Of a stretch of DNA of 64,000 bases, positions 18,558 through 27,762 are shown piece after piece (the first letter of the stretch is position 1; each line of letters begins with the position of its first letter). The position numbers were made by a program, and so were the translations under genes. The notes under the pieces are model-generated. The model worked only from the letters and a program-made list of their open reading frames with translations. It was not told the origin of the DNA and searched no databases. Source of the DNA: Nitrospiraceae bacterium (GTDB taxonomy: Bacteria > Nitrospirota > Nitrospiria > Nitrospirales > Nitrospiraceae); contig JBGTCI010000002.1 in NCBI GenBank assembly GCA_041748925.1, positions 20,086 to 84,085 of the forward strand, written 5' to 3'.

Positions 18558-18893
18558 ATGTGGTTACGTCAGATTGTGACTGTCACGTGCCTGTTCATCT
18601 CAACATTAAGCTTTGCCCACGACGGCGACCAACATGTGCTCGGCACGATTATGGCCATTGACGGGACCCATATCGAAGTCAAAACATCCAAGGGCCAGTC
18701 GGTGAACGTGCGGGTCAACAAAAAAACCCTGTACAAGGACCAACGTTATCCGAAAGACGCCAACATACCGGAGGTGGGTGATCGTGTCGTCGTCAAGGCG
18801 ATCAAAGACGGCAAAGTGTTGCTCGCCACCGAAGTCCATTTTTCCGCAGCCAAGCACGTACCGGCCCCCATACCACCCACGCCGGTCAACTAG
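18558..18893 (+). CDS. Small secreted protein (hypothetical)
   Basis: Start at ATG 18558, preceded by AGGAAAGAGGA. Signal peptide MWLRQIVTVTCLFISTLSFA. The track's upstream extension is translated N9 repeat. Confidence 0.7.
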   Translation: MWLRQIVTVTCLFISTLSFAHDGDQHVLGTIMAIDGTHIEVKTSKGQSVNVRVNKKTLYKDQRYPKDANIPEVGDRVVVKAIKDGKVLLATEVHFSAAKHVPAPIPPTPVN

Positions 18894-18954
18894 GATAATC
18901 GATGTCGCCCATTCGCGTCACAGGGGAATTCAACAATCATTTTGAGGTTACGGG

Positions 18955-19359
18955 ATGCGCGCAGCGATCATTCGAGTCCTGATCACGGGGATCGCGGTCT
19001 TTCTGGCAGTCATGATCGTGCCCGGCCTTCAGGTCGACTCGTTCCTCGCCGGAATCGCCGTGGTCCTGGTGCTCACAATTCTGAACCTCTTGGTCCGGCC
19101 CATTCTCCTGATGCTGACCCTTCCCTTGATCGTCCTCTCGTTGGGGCTCTTTCTCATTGTGGTCAACGCGCTCCTTCTGGAATTGACCGCATACCTGGTC
19201 ACGGGATTTTCGGTCACGGGATTCTGGCCGGCAGTCGGCGGCTCAGTCGTAATCAGTCTGGTCACCATGATCCTCAACATATGGACCTCTGACCGCCCCC
19301 CGACGGAACGTCCTTCGTTTCCCCAACGCCCGCCCAAGATCATCAACCCCGACGAATAA
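18955..19359 (+). CDS. Phage holin family protein (PF04020, YvlD-like membrane protein)
   Basis: 134 aa. VPG..V.SF..A...VLVL..LN.L.RPIL..LTLP......LGLF..VVNA..L pattern is typical of this family. Four TM helices. Confidence 0.75.
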   Translation: MRAAIIRVLITGIAVFLAVMIVPGLQVDSFLAGIAVVLVLTILNLLVRPILLMLTLPLIVLSLGLFLIVVNALLLELTAYLVTGFSVTGFWPAVGGSVVISLVTMILNIWTSDRPPTERPSFPQRPPKIINPDE

Positions 19360-19366
19360 CGAGACC

Positions 19367-19493
19367 CTGTCTGTCTCGTCTATCCGGTCTGTCTGGTCTA
19401 TTCAGTCTGTTCGGTCTATCTTGTGTGTTTCTTTCAACGAAACTGACCAGAGCACCAGATAGACTAGATAGACAAGACAAACCAGATAGACCC
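19367..19493. repeat. N9 nonamer-arm hairpin, copy 4
   Basis: CTGTCTGTCTCGTCTATCCGGTCTGTCTGGTCTATTCAGTCTGTTCGGTCTATC ... CCAGATAGACTAGATAGACAAGACAAACCAGATAGACC. Begins 8 nt after stop 19359. Confidence 0.9.
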
Positions 19494-19531
19494 AGTCTGC
19501 TGTTCCTTTTCATTGAATTGCTCACCCTGCG

Positions 19532-21385
19532 TTGTTACAATGCCGCGCGCCCGGCTTTCCTAATTCACGAATGACACCCACAGCTCCACAGAGTAAACCC
19601 ATTCCCGACACGCATCTCCAGCGGACCTTGACCTCCGTGATCAACGAGCTGCCGGTCGACTCGGCGCTCGCCGCCGTGTTCCACCGTGACCAAGGCCCGC
19701 TGGTCGGCCATGCCGCACGAGGCTTCACACCTCGCGATATTCAAGCCATCCTCAGAACACTTTCGGCCCACGCCATTGCTGCATCGGCCCCCTCGAACGA
19801 TCAGGAGGGCGGGCGGACTATTCGCCTCCGCTTGATTACGCCGGGCACAAAGTCATTGATCGGGGTTTCCCTCCAGCATCGGAACCGGACATACGGCTAC
19901 CTCGTCATCGGACGAAAAGAGAGCGCCACGTTCGCGAAAAAAGAGAAGAGCTTGATGGAGCAGGCCAGCGACGATGTCACGAAAGCGCTGGATCGCGAAG
20001 GCCTGTTCGATATGAACGTCGTGCTCAGCCGCCCGTTTGTCGCGCACGAACCGGTCCCTCCGGCGCCTTCTCCGGCAGAAATGTTCTCGGCACCGGCGTC
20101 TCAACTCACACCGGAACTCCAAGATAAGGTGATTGCCGCTTTAACGGATGCCAACCAATACGTCGCCTACGATCGCATCTGGGCCTGCCGCTACGATCCG
20201 CTCGCGGGCAATGTCGAAGTCCTGGGGCTAGCCGGTGATCTGAAGAGCGAACAGAAGGACAGTAAGAAAGATCTGAAGCCAGGCCATCGCCTCGCGCTCG
20301 ACAGCTCAGCCTCCGGGTGGGCAGTCCGCCATCGTAAACCACGCGTGGATCACGATCTCGCCTCCACACAGGGGCGATTCCTCGATCATAAGTATCTGTT
20401 CAAAGACCGGCTTCTCTCCTCGCTTGTCGTGCCGTTCTTCGTTCGGGGACAAGTGGGCGGGACCATCACCCTGGCCTCGAAAGAAGCCGGGCGCTACCAA
20501 CAATCGGATGCCCGTACGCTTGAGCCGACGATTGTGAAGATCGCGGACATTCTCCAGGCCCCGATACCGGGACCAGCCAACCAGGTTCCCGCTACTGGAT
20601 CAGCGGGCGCGCCCGGGACAACTATCGCCCCAGGTCCCTCAGAACCCATCATCAGAAAGCAAGAGCGGCAGGCTGCGATCGGCGAGTTCAGCCTGTTCCT
20701 GGCCGCAGAAGTGCGTGAGCCGCTCGCCTCGATCCGCGCCCAATTGGAGGAGGTCACTGGTGAAGGCATCCTCGACTTCGACCCGCAGACGCGCGTCGAG
20801 AACGCGATGCGCGATTTGATTAGGATCGAAGCCATCCTGAACGAGATTCTGGATTTTGCGAAACCGCTCGAGTTGACTCGCCGGCTCCTCCGCATTCCCG
20901 AAGTGATCCAGAGCGCGCTCACGGTCATCGCGACCGATCTTGAAGTCACCAGGATCCAGGTGACCAAGGACTATGCAACGATGATCGCGCCGGTCCGCGG
21001 CGACGAAGCCAAGCTTCAGCAAGTCTTTCTCAGTATTTTCAAGAACGCGTGTGAAGCGATGAACCCCGGTGGGCACCTCCATATTCAGGTCACCCAGCAT
21101 CGCGCGGGGCGCGGCGTAGAAGATCAAATCCTCATCAAGAACGACGGAGCTCCGATTCCAGCGGAAATCGTCGATAAGGTCTTTGAGCCGTTTTTCACCA
21201 CCAAGCGAGCCGGCATCGGTCTAGGCCTAGCTTCGGTCAAGAAGATCGTCGAAGAACATGGCGGCTCGATTGCCATCGGCAGCGCGCCCGGCGAAGGGAC
21301 CACCGTCACCATCCGCCTCCCAGGTCTCAGCCATGGTCCGTCCTATCGAGGACGCGGACGCCGCCGTCCACCGTCACGCCGCTAA
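19532..21385 (+). CDS. GAF-domain sensor histidine-kinase-like protein with degenerate H-box
   Basis: 617 aa, no TM helix, two GAF-like regions. HATPase_c N/G1/F/G2 boxes are intact (FKNACEAM, KNDGAPIP, FEPFFTTK, GIGLGLA). The H-box reads FLAAEVREPL, with Ala392 (20705-20707) where the phospho-acceptor His is expected. Alternative start at 19571. Confidence 0.85.
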   Translation: MLQCRAPGFPNSRMTPTAPQSKPIPDTHLQRTLTSVINELPVDSALAAVFHRDQGPLVGHAARGFTPRDIQAILRTLSAHAIAASAPSNDQEGGRTIRLRLITPGTKSLIGVSLQHRNRTYGYLVIGRKESATFAKKEKSLMEQASDDVTKALDREGLFDMNVVLSRPFVAHEPVPPAPSPAEMFSAPASQLTPELQDKVIAALTDANQYVAYDRIWACRYDPLAGNVEVLGLAGDLKSEQKDSKKDLKPGHRLALDSSASGWAVRHRKPRVDHDLASTQGRFLDHKYLFKDRLLSSLVVPFFVRGQVGGTITLASKEAGRYQQSDARTLEPTIVKIADILQAPIPGPANQVPATGSAGAPGTTIAPGPSEPIIRKQERQAAIGEFSLFLAAEVREPLASIRAQLEEVTGEGILDFDPQTRVENAMRDLIRIEAILNEILDFAKPLELTRRLLRIPEVIQSALTVIATDLEVTRIQVTKDYATMIAPVRGDEAKLQQVFLSIFKNACEAMNPGGHLHIQVTQHRAGRGVEDQILIKNDGAPIPAEIVDKVFEPFFTTKRAGIGLGLASVKKIVEEHGGSIAIGSAPGEGTTVTIRLPGLSHGPSYRGRGRRRPPSRR

Positions 21386-21405
21386 GCCTAGCCTCACGTC
21401 TAATT

Positions 21406-21450
21406 GGTGTGTTTGATTTATCTTGTTTATTTGGTTGAGCCAGACAGACC
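21406..21450. repeat. N9-type repeat, copy 5 (truncated)
   Basis: GGTGTGTTTGATTTATCTTGTTTATTTGGTTGAGCCAGACAGACC. The left arm is complete, but only about 12 nt of right arm remain. Lies 20 nt after stop 21385. Confidence 0.6.
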
Positions 21451-21523
21451 GGGCTTGTGCCGCTCGTGCGAACCATCAAAGTTCTAGCGTGGCACAATAG
21501 TTTTCCCGCAGCCTGCTCGTCAC

Positions 21524-21668
21524 GGGAGGGTGGTCTGCTTGGTCTCCACTACGCGCGGCTTTCTCACCCTCCCACCCACTGGCACGCCGAGACGTGCCAT
21601 TAGCCCGAGCGAGGGCCTTCGGAAGCCGCGCGTTGCGCGAGCAAAAGAGGACAACGGGCCACCCTCCC
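21524..21668. repeat. T-family palindromic element, copy T4, with nested module
   Basis: GGGAGGGTGGTC...ACTACGCGCG // CGCGCGTTGCGCGAGCA...GGGCCACCCTCCC. The TTCTCACCCTCCCACCC + TGGCACG-CCGAGA-CGTGCCA module is inserted at 21561-21612. Confidence 0.8.
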
Positions 21669-21677
21669 ATTCTCCCT

Positions 21678-21707
21678 TTGACAGAGCCACCCCTTCCTGG
21701 CTATGAT
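21678..21707 (+). promoter_or_regulatory. Sigma70-like promoter upstream of ORF 21782
   Basis: TTGACA, 18-nt spacer, TATGAT. Confidence 0.4.
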
Positions 21708-21781
21708 CCCTGCTGCTTGACTCGACCTTGAAGTAGTAAATCTATCTGCTCAAGCCACTATCATTTCAAAGGAGTAGGCGT

Positions 21782-22150
21782 ATGAAGTTCGTAATCGGCA
21801 CTGTTGCGACCGTCTCCGGTGTCCTCTTCGCGCTGTCGATGGCCTCGGCGAATCCATCGCTCCTCCCGAAGCATGAAGGCTACCCGATGAAGAACAGCGG
21901 AAGCCCCGTGACGGGCCAGCCAACCGCCAATGACCCAGGCCAGACCAATGCAAGCGGCGAGAAAGCCGGACTCAAGGCCGCTGCGTTCGACGATAAGCAT
22001 GTCCAGCAGAATCTCATGAAAACGGACAATGAGCGAATTACCACAGGTCAGGGGGCGAATCAGCTCCCGACCGTGCAGGGGCCACAGATCAAGATCGCTC
22101 CTCCCGTCACCTCCGCCACGAAGATCAGCGGCGACCGGAAGCTCGAGTAG
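21782..22150 (+). CDS. Secreted hypothetical protein
   Basis: 122 aa. AAAGGAG SD. Signal peptide MKFVIGTVATVSGVLFALSMASA. Low-complexity mature part. Confidence 0.7.
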   Translation: MKFVIGTVATVSGVLFALSMASANPSLLPKHEGYPMKNSGSPVTGQPTANDPGQTNASGEKAGLKAAAFDDKHVQQNLMKTDNERITTGQGANQLPTVQGPQIKIAPPVTSATKISGDRKLE

Positions 22151-22171
22151 TCGAGCCGTTCAGCGGAATAT

Positions 22172-22214
22172 AAAAGGGGGGCGCCGGATTTATCCGGCGC
22201 CCCCCTTTGTTTTT
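22172..22214. terminator. Bidirectional intrinsic terminator
   Basis: AAAA-GGGGGGCGCCGGA-ttta-TCCGGCGCCCCCC-TTTGTTTTT, a perfect 13-bp GC stem flanked by A- and T-tracts. Lies between convergent genes, and the glycosylase stop falls in the loop. Confidence 0.9.
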
Positions 22215-22780
22215 AGGCGGCCGGGTCGAGTGGGGGCCGTGACCCGCCGCAGTCGAAATCGCCAGAGCTTCTTGGCCCATGTGCCCGCATAATCGACACC
22301 GATTCGAGGGTGCGTTCGCACATCTGATTTCTTGACCAATACTCCTCGATCCTCGAACCAGAGTGACTCGCCGGTCGTGAGATCCACACGGTTGAGACGC
22401 CGATCGATCTGCAGCGCGCGACAAATCCGCCCAGGGCCATCGACCAATTCTCCATCGATTTCAATCGCCCTGATCAATATAGCTGAGGGAAACTCTTCCC
22501 GCTCCGTCACGACGTTTAGACAATGGTACATCCCATAGATAAGGTAGACGTAGGCAATCCCTGGGGGACCAAAAAGCACCTCGGTTCGCTGCGTCCTCCC
22601 TTTCGACGCATGGCAGGCCTTGTCCTCTGCCCCGACATAGGCCTCGACCTCAATGATTTTCCCCGCTATTTCTCTACCGTGGATGCAACGGATAAGATAT
22701 TTTCCCACAAGTGACCGCGCCACCTGAACCGTAGGGCGGGTGAAATAAATGCGAGGCAAGACTCTTCGCGTTAACTTCAT
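22190..22780 (-). CDS. DNA-3-methyladenine glycosylase (AAG/Mpg family)
   Basis: 196 aa. FY.R....VA..L.GK.L.......G.I.E.EAY.G..D.A.H...G.T.R....FG..G.AYVY..YG...C.N.V matches the Mpg family. Confidence 0.85.
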   Translation of the reverse strand: MKLTRRVLPRIYFTRPTVQVARSLVGKYLIRCIHGREIAGKIIEVEAYVGAEDKACHASKGRTQRTEVLFGPPGIAYVYLIYGMYHCLNVVTEREEFPSAILIRAIEIDGELVDGPGRICRALQIDRRLNRVDLTTGESLWFEDRGVLVKKSDVRTHPRIGVDYAGTWAKKLWRFRLRRVTAPTRPGRLKTKGGAG

Positions 22781-22794
22781 TTGGCTTCCCTATA

Positions 22795-22916
22795 GACCGC
22801 TCAAAATGATCTTCCAACAAGGCCACAGGCGAAGAAAGCACCGGAGGCGTACCCGCTGGGGTACGTTGAGGATGCTTTCGAGACGAGAACGCAGTTGGAA
22901 GTCATTTTCAGCGGTC
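22795..22916 (-). repeat. P125 element, copy B
   Basis: GACCGCTCAAAATGA...GGAGGCGTACCC-gctg-GGGTACGTTGAGGAT...TCATTTTCAGCGGTC. Its outer stem differs from other copies but remains self-complementary. Ends 2 nt from the TBDR stop (TAG TAG ACCGCTGAAAA on the minus strand). Confidence 0.9.
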
Positions 22917-22918
22917 TA

Positions 22919-24970
22919 CTAAAAGTACCAGGCCACTCCGCCCATCACCATCCGCGGGTTTCCCGGCACGAAGTGGATATCGGTCACCCCGGCCCCGTCG
23001 GTCCTCAGTCTCGATTCAAACGCGAAGATTGCCTGTTCCCACTCGGTATTGAGGAGATTCTGCACAAAGAGAAACGCTTCCATCCGCCCATGCGGCAATG
23101 TGATCGGCAACCGATAGCGCTCCGACAAATCGAAGCTGAGCCACGAGGGTGAGGTAATGCTCCTATCTTCCATGAGCGGTCTTACCCCGAGATAGGTGGC
23201 CTGGAGTTGCGAGGTCAGTCCTTCGGGCCATCTCAGAATCACGGCGCCAAACGCCGTGTATTTCGGCGCCAAAGGAATCGCATCGCCGTTGCGAAATTGG
23301 GCGTTCGTCCATGTCATGCTGCCGTTCACATAGAGCGGACCCCAGACCTGTCCGCGCGCGGCGACCTCGACGCCCTCCCGTCTGCTCGGTCCTCGGATCT
23401 CCGTCGTCCCTTCGTCCCCCACGAACACCAGTTCCGACTGGAGATCCAACCGCCAGACCGTGGCGATGAACTCCAAGCCGTCAGGCCCCCACGGCTTGGA
23501 TCGGATGCCGACTTCATAGCTCTTTGCGCGCGCGAGCGGCGAGGATCCCGGTGCCACGGCCGAGCGTGCGTCATTGCTGTGAAAGCCCTCGCCATAGTTG
23601 GCAAAGAATTCGGTGCCGACCCACGGCCCCAGGATCATGTTCATTTTCGGGAGAATAATCCCCGAGCTTTTTCGTCCGTCCGGTTGCTCCGCACATGTGC
23701 TGCAGCGATTCTGCACATCGAAGGTAAAAGTCTCCGCGCGCAGTCCGCCCGCGAGTCGCATCCACGAGATCGGCTGCACCTCCGCTTTGACGAAGGGGGC
23801 ATACGACGCCTCGAAAATGTCGCTATCGGTGGTCGTGCCGGTCGGCATTCTCGTCGTCTGAGTCCCGAGTCTGGCATGGATGTCATCGACTCGAGTTTGA
23901 AATCCAATGGTGCCCGTACTAGGTACGCCGAACACCTCGCCTCTGTGTTTGTATCCGATATCGCCGCCGTACATCACGCGGCGATCGGCCTGCTGAATCC
24001 CGTCGCCATTGACGGGGTCGTTGAGAAAGAACGTAAAATTCGTGAACAGGTCCAGCCGGTAATACTGCCCATACGCGTTGGCAAAAAACTGACCGCTCGA
24101 TGGTGTGTCGTAATGGTAGTTCAGCCGGGCGGTGCTGCGGAGCGTATTGCCTCCCTCCGAAGGATCGATGGCGCCGAATCGACCGATCGTGCCGTCAGTA
24201 ACGGCACGAAAGGGAATCTCTCCTGAACCATTCCACTGAGACTTCAGAAACGTGCCGGTCAGACTGAGTTCATCCCGACTGGTCAGATTGGTGGTCATTT
24301 TGCCCAACAGGTTGATCCGAAAGTATCGATTCTCATTGTCGTACGGGCCATTGGTGTAATACCCCTCGGCCGCGAACAAGGTGCGGATCTTCTCCTTAGT
24401 CGGTGAGAACATGAGCAGATACCGTTGCGTATCAAACTGACCGCCGGCCGCCTGGGCGACGCCCTCCTGCACCACCTGTCGCGTCCTGAAATTCACCACC
24501 CCGGCCGTGGCGAAGTCCCCATATTCAGGCAGGTAGGCCCCTTTGGAGACCTCCAATCCCTCGATCGTTTCGGGAATAATGAAATTCAAGTCGGTGTAGC
24601 CTTGCCCATGCGCGTGGGTGCGCAAATTGATCGGCATCCCGTCGGTGAAGAATGCGACATCGGTGCCGTGATCGGCATCGAAGCCACGCAGAAAATATTG
24701 ATCGGCCTTCCCGGCGCCACCGGAGTGTTCGATGGCAAGAAACCCAGGAATGAGCCGCAGCACTTGTGCAGGACGGCCCTGCGGCTGGAGAAGAATTTCC
24801 TTGTCCGGGATGAATAGCTGTGAGGAGGCCGAAATGGGCCGTTCTCCAATAGTTGCGACTTCTGGAATTTTCAACTCGGGTACGTCAGGGTCGTGAGCCA
24901 GCACCGACTCCACGAAGGTCAATCCCATGATCACGACCGACATGAACAATCGAAGGCGCCGCATACTCAC
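22919..24970 (-). CDS. TonB-dependent outer-membrane receptor
   Basis: 683 aa with a signal peptide, plug and beta-barrel. Ends in an aromatic residue (..GGVAWYF). Last gene of the nikR-DUF3842 transcription unit. Confidence 0.9.
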   Translation of the reverse strand: MSMRRLRLFMSVVIMGLTFVESVLAHDPDVPELKIPEVATIGERPISASSQLFIPDKEILLQPQGRPAQVLRLIPGFLAIEHSGGAGKADQYFLRGFDADHGTDVAFFTDGMPINLRTHAHGQGYTDLNFIIPETIEGLEVSKGAYLPEYGDFATAGVVNFRTRQVVQEGVAQAAGGQFDTQRYLLMFSPTKEKIRTLFAAEGYYTNGPYDNENRYFRINLLGKMTTNLTSRDELSLTGTFLKSQWNGSGEIPFRAVTDGTIGRFGAIDPSEGGNTLRSTARLNYHYDTPSSGQFFANAYGQYYRLDLFTNFTFFLNDPVNGDGIQQADRRVMYGGDIGYKHRGEVFGVPSTGTIGFQTRVDDIHARLGTQTTRMPTGTTTDSDIFEASYAPFVKAEVQPISWMRLAGGLRAETFTFDVQNRCSTCAEQPDGRKSSGIILPKMNMILGPWVGTEFFANYGEGFHSNDARSAVAPGSSPLARAKSYEVGIRSKPWGPDGLEFIATVWRLDLQSELVFVGDEGTTEIRGPSRREGVEVAARGQVWGPLYVNGSMTWTNAQFRNGDAIPLAPKYTAFGAVILRWPEGLTSQLQATYLGVRPLMEDRSITSPSWLSFDLSERYRLPITLPHGRMEAFLFVQNLLNTEWEQAIFAFESRLRTDGAGVTDIHFVPGNPRMVMGGVAWYF

Positions 24971-25088
24971 GTCTCACTTTTTCAAGGCATGGACGGATGA
25001 GACGCCCACGAGGATCGCTCGACAGCCGACTCATCGACTGGCGCAGACCCTCATGGCCCGGCGACAACAATGACCCAAGATCACCTGA

Positions 25089-25517
25089 CTAGGTTGGCTG
25101 GACTGAGCTGACCAAAGAACGGACTCGGGACAGAGACTGCGTAATCAACGCCTCAAGGGTCCATGACCCCGCACCCACGATCTCCAGGCGAGTCCGATTG
25201 AGTGGCAGCATGACCTTCGTGGCCCGTGCACCGAGAATGGCGTGAACGACCTCCGGCGTCACCTCACCGATCAGCGCGCCGGGCAACACCAGATTCAACG
25301 AGGTCACAATGACGTCCCCCACCGTAGGCAGTGTGTCAGCAATCGCGCGAGGCCCGACACCCACCTGCGTCGCACCGGCCCGCTTCATCGCCTCAGCCGC
25401 CACACGGTTGGTCCCCAATGCCAGAATGTTATGGGCGTGGCCGAGTTCCGAGCGGAGTCCTGCTACCAATCGAGACCCAAGCCCGCCGCCTCTCCCGTCG
25501 ATGACACACACGCGCAC
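25089..25517 (-). CDS. DUF3842 family protein
   Basis: 142 aa. MRVCVIDGRGGGLGS...ILALGTN..A...M.RAGA. pattern as I recall for DUF3842. Separated by 3 nt from the nikR stop. Confidence 0.65.
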   Translation of the reverse strand: MRVCVIDGRGGGLGSRLVAGLRSELGHAHNILALGTNRVAAEAMKRAGATQVGVGPRAIADTLPTVGDVIVTSLNLVLPGALIGEVTPEVVHAILGARATKVMLPLNRTRLEIVGAGSWTLEALITQSLSRVRSLVSSVQPT

Positions 25518-25520
25518 GGC

Positions 25521-25937
25521 CTACACCAGACCCTTCCCGGTCGTCGTCATGGTGAGTTTGCCATGCTTCACACCCTTGACCGATACCAGCGCGTCCGCCA
25601 CCTTCCGAATATCCGACCCTTTGCCTTTTACCACCAAGACTTCAAGACAATGGTCATGGTCGAGATGGACATGCATGCCGGAGAGAATCTGCCCATGGTA
25701 GTCATGCTGAATATCGGTCAGCTTTCCTGTCAAGTCACGCACATGATGGTCATACACAAATGTGATGGTCCCGACCGTCTCTTTGTTGTCGTCCCATTCC
25801 TGCCCGACCAGATTGTCACGGATCAGATCCCGTAATGCCTCAGACCGGTTGGTGTACTTGCGCTTCTTGATGTGCAGATCGAAATCATCAAGCAAGTGAT
25901 GGTCCAACGACACACCGAATCGAATAAGCTTTTTCAT
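25521..25937 (-). CDS. nikR: Nickel-responsive transcriptional regulator NikR
   Basis: 138 aa from ATG 25937. N-terminal ribbon-helix-helix (IRFGVSLDHHLLDDFD...YTNRSEALRDLIR) and C-terminal His/Cys nickel cluster (HVHLDHDHCLEV). The track's longer N-terminus is not supported. Confidence 0.85.
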   Translation of the reverse strand: MKKLIRFGVSLDHHLLDDFDLHIKKRKYTNRSEALRDLIRDNLVGQEWDDNKETVGTITFVYDHHVRDLTGKLTDIQHDYHGQILSGMHVHLDHDHCLEVLVVKGKGSDIRKVADALVSVKGVKHGKLTMTTTGKGLV

Positions 25938-26317
25938 GGCAACCTCTGGAGTAGCACGATTTTTATATTCATAGCACAGGCACTGCGTGCGAGCAATCGG
26001 AATTTGTCGATCCTGAGCTAGCAGTTGCTCAGCAAACCGGAAAGAAGGAGTTCGCAGCGCGTTAGATCCGAATCGAACAAACCTTCGTAGTGGAGACAAG
26101 CCGTCCACAGGTACAAGGCAGAACGAGCGTATCATCCTTCTCCACTCGCTTTAGTTTTGACAAAAATAGCTCAGAGACCGGTAACAATCTGGTCAAGATT
26201 CCTCAGGGGGAAAAAATTGATCTGATACCAGCGTGGCGCTCCGCAAGCGTGCGAGGAAGGCCCGCAAGCTAACCGAAGCAAGTGCGAGGGAGCGAGTAAA
26301 TCGCTGTGGGTGGACTT

Positions 26318-27748
26318 CTATTCGCCCTTCACGGGAATGTACATGACATTCCCCTGCCGATTGACAAGTAGAAGCGCCAGATCGGATGGCTTGATAGGAT
26401 CGGCCAGTCGCTGAAATACGTCGAAGTTGGGAATAGGTTGACGATTGAGTTCCAGCACCACGTCACCTGGCTGGAGACCGGAGGATTCCGCCAAACTACC
26501 TTCTTCGATGTCCGTCACTACCACCCCGCTGGTGACAGCCAGATCCATCTGCCGAGCCAGCGGGGCCGTCACATCGTCGAAGACGACGCCGGCAAGGGGG
26601 TGAGCCGTGGCAGCTGAAGCCGATCCGGCTTGATTCTTCTTGGTTCGTTCACGCGGCGCCTCTTGCACAACCATTTCAGTCTGGTACGGCTTACTCTCCC
26701 GCATGAGATCCAGCCGGTGCTTACTCCCGATCGTAGACGCGGCCACGAGGTTCCGAAGATGACCGCTGTCCATCACGTCCCGCCCGTCGAATCGTACAAC
26801 CACATCGCCGCGCTTGAGCCCGGCTTTCTCGGCAGACCCTTTCGCCTGCACATCGGTCACGATCGCGCCTTTCACATCAGGGAGACGAAAGATCTTGCCT
26901 AATAGGGGCGTGACGTCTTGTGTCGAGGCACCGAGGAATCCACGGACCACATGCCCGGTCTTGAGCAGGCTCTGCATGGCGGTCCTGGCCATATTACTCG
27001 GAATGGCAAATCCCACACCGACACTCCCGCCCGTAGGACTGGCGATGGCAGTATTGATCCCCACCAATTCTCCATTGAGGGTCACCAAGGCCCCGCCGGA
27101 GTTGCCTGGATTGATGGGGGCATCGGTTTGAATGAAATCTTCGAGGTCGGCGACACCGACATCGGCACGGCCGACGGCACTGACAATGCCGAACGTCACA
27201 CTGCGACTCAACCCAAGGGGATTCCCGATTGCGAGCACAAATTCGCCGACGGCGAGTGTGCTCGAATCTCCCCACGTCACCGTCGGCAGATTGGTTGCCT
27301 GAATCTTCACTACAGCCACGTCGGTCTTTGGATCGGTGGCCACCACTCGTCCTTTGTACTGCCTCCGGTCGGCGAGAATCACTTCCACATCGACCGCATC
27401 GGCAATGACATGGTTGTTCGTCATGATGTAGCCGTCCGACGATACGATGACACCGGAGCCTTGGCCATATTGCCTTCGCGACGGGACATCTTTGAACAAT
27501 CCGAACGGCAGCGCTTCGTCGCTGAACGCTTGATCGCGGACCATCACCGTGGAGGCAATGCTGACAACAGCGGGGATCACTTTGGTCGCAGCCGCCTTGA
27601 TCTGCGCCTGAAGTTCACCGCCGCCCGCTACAGGAATCACGCGACTCCCGGCCAGAGCTGTTCCACTCGCAATCAAGACTCCCGCACAGACCCCGATCAC
27701 GACTCGAAAAAGATGATTGGGTCGAAACACGCCACGATCCTTTCTCAC
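26318..27748 (-). CDS. Periplasmic serine endoprotease, DegP/DegQ/HtrA family (two PDZ domains)
   Basis: 476 aa, GTG start. Catalytic triad contexts TNNHV, D, GNSGGAL. Two PDZ-like C-terminal domains. Confidence 0.9.
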   Translation of the reverse strand: MRKDRGVFRPNHLFRVVIGVCAGVLIASGTALAGSRVIPVAGGGELQAQIKAAATKVIPAVVSIASTVMVRDQAFSDEALPFGLFKDVPSRRQYGQGSGVIVSSDGYIMTNNHVIADAVDVEVILADRRQYKGRVVATDPKTDVAVVKIQATNLPTVTWGDSSTLAVGEFVLAIGNPLGLSRSVTFGIVSAVGRADVGVADLEDFIQTDAPINPGNSGGALVTLNGELVGINTAIASPTGGSVGVGFAIPSNMARTAMQSLLKTGHVVRGFLGASTQDVTPLLGKIFRLPDVKGAIVTDVQAKGSAEKAGLKRGDVVVRFDGRDVMDSGHLRNLVAASTIGSKHRLDLMRESKPYQTEMVVQEAPRERTKKNQAGSASAATAHPLAGVVFDDVTAPLARQMDLAVTSGVVVTDIEEGSLAESSGLQPGDVVLELNRQPIPNFDVFQRLADPIKPSDLALLLVNRQGNVMYIPVKGE

Positions 27749-27762
27749 AGGCTATTGAAAAA

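Noticed and set aside
23207-24226. Large antisense or alternative-frame ORFs inside long genes. Examples are 23207-24226(+) in the TBDR gene, 3153-3782(-) in the RND gene, 36867-37649(+) in ftsK, 48083-48622(+) and 20494-20967(-).
   Set aside because: This is the usual high-GC artefact. The translations are Arg/Pro/Gly-rich with no motifs, and the opposite-strand genes have clear family signatures.
25938-26135. N-terminal extension of the NikR ORF (track start 26135).
   Set aside because: NikR homology, including the ribbon-helix-helix domain, begins at MKKLIRFG (ATG 25937). The extension has no coding support and would remove the promoter region.
26230-26310. A heptamer-like tract (CGCAAGC GTGCGAG GAAGGCC CGCAAGC ... 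GCGAGGG AGCGAGT) downstream of htrA, considered as another hairpin element.
   Set aside because: I could not find a convincing complementary arm. Only a loose direct repeat is present, so it is noted but not called.
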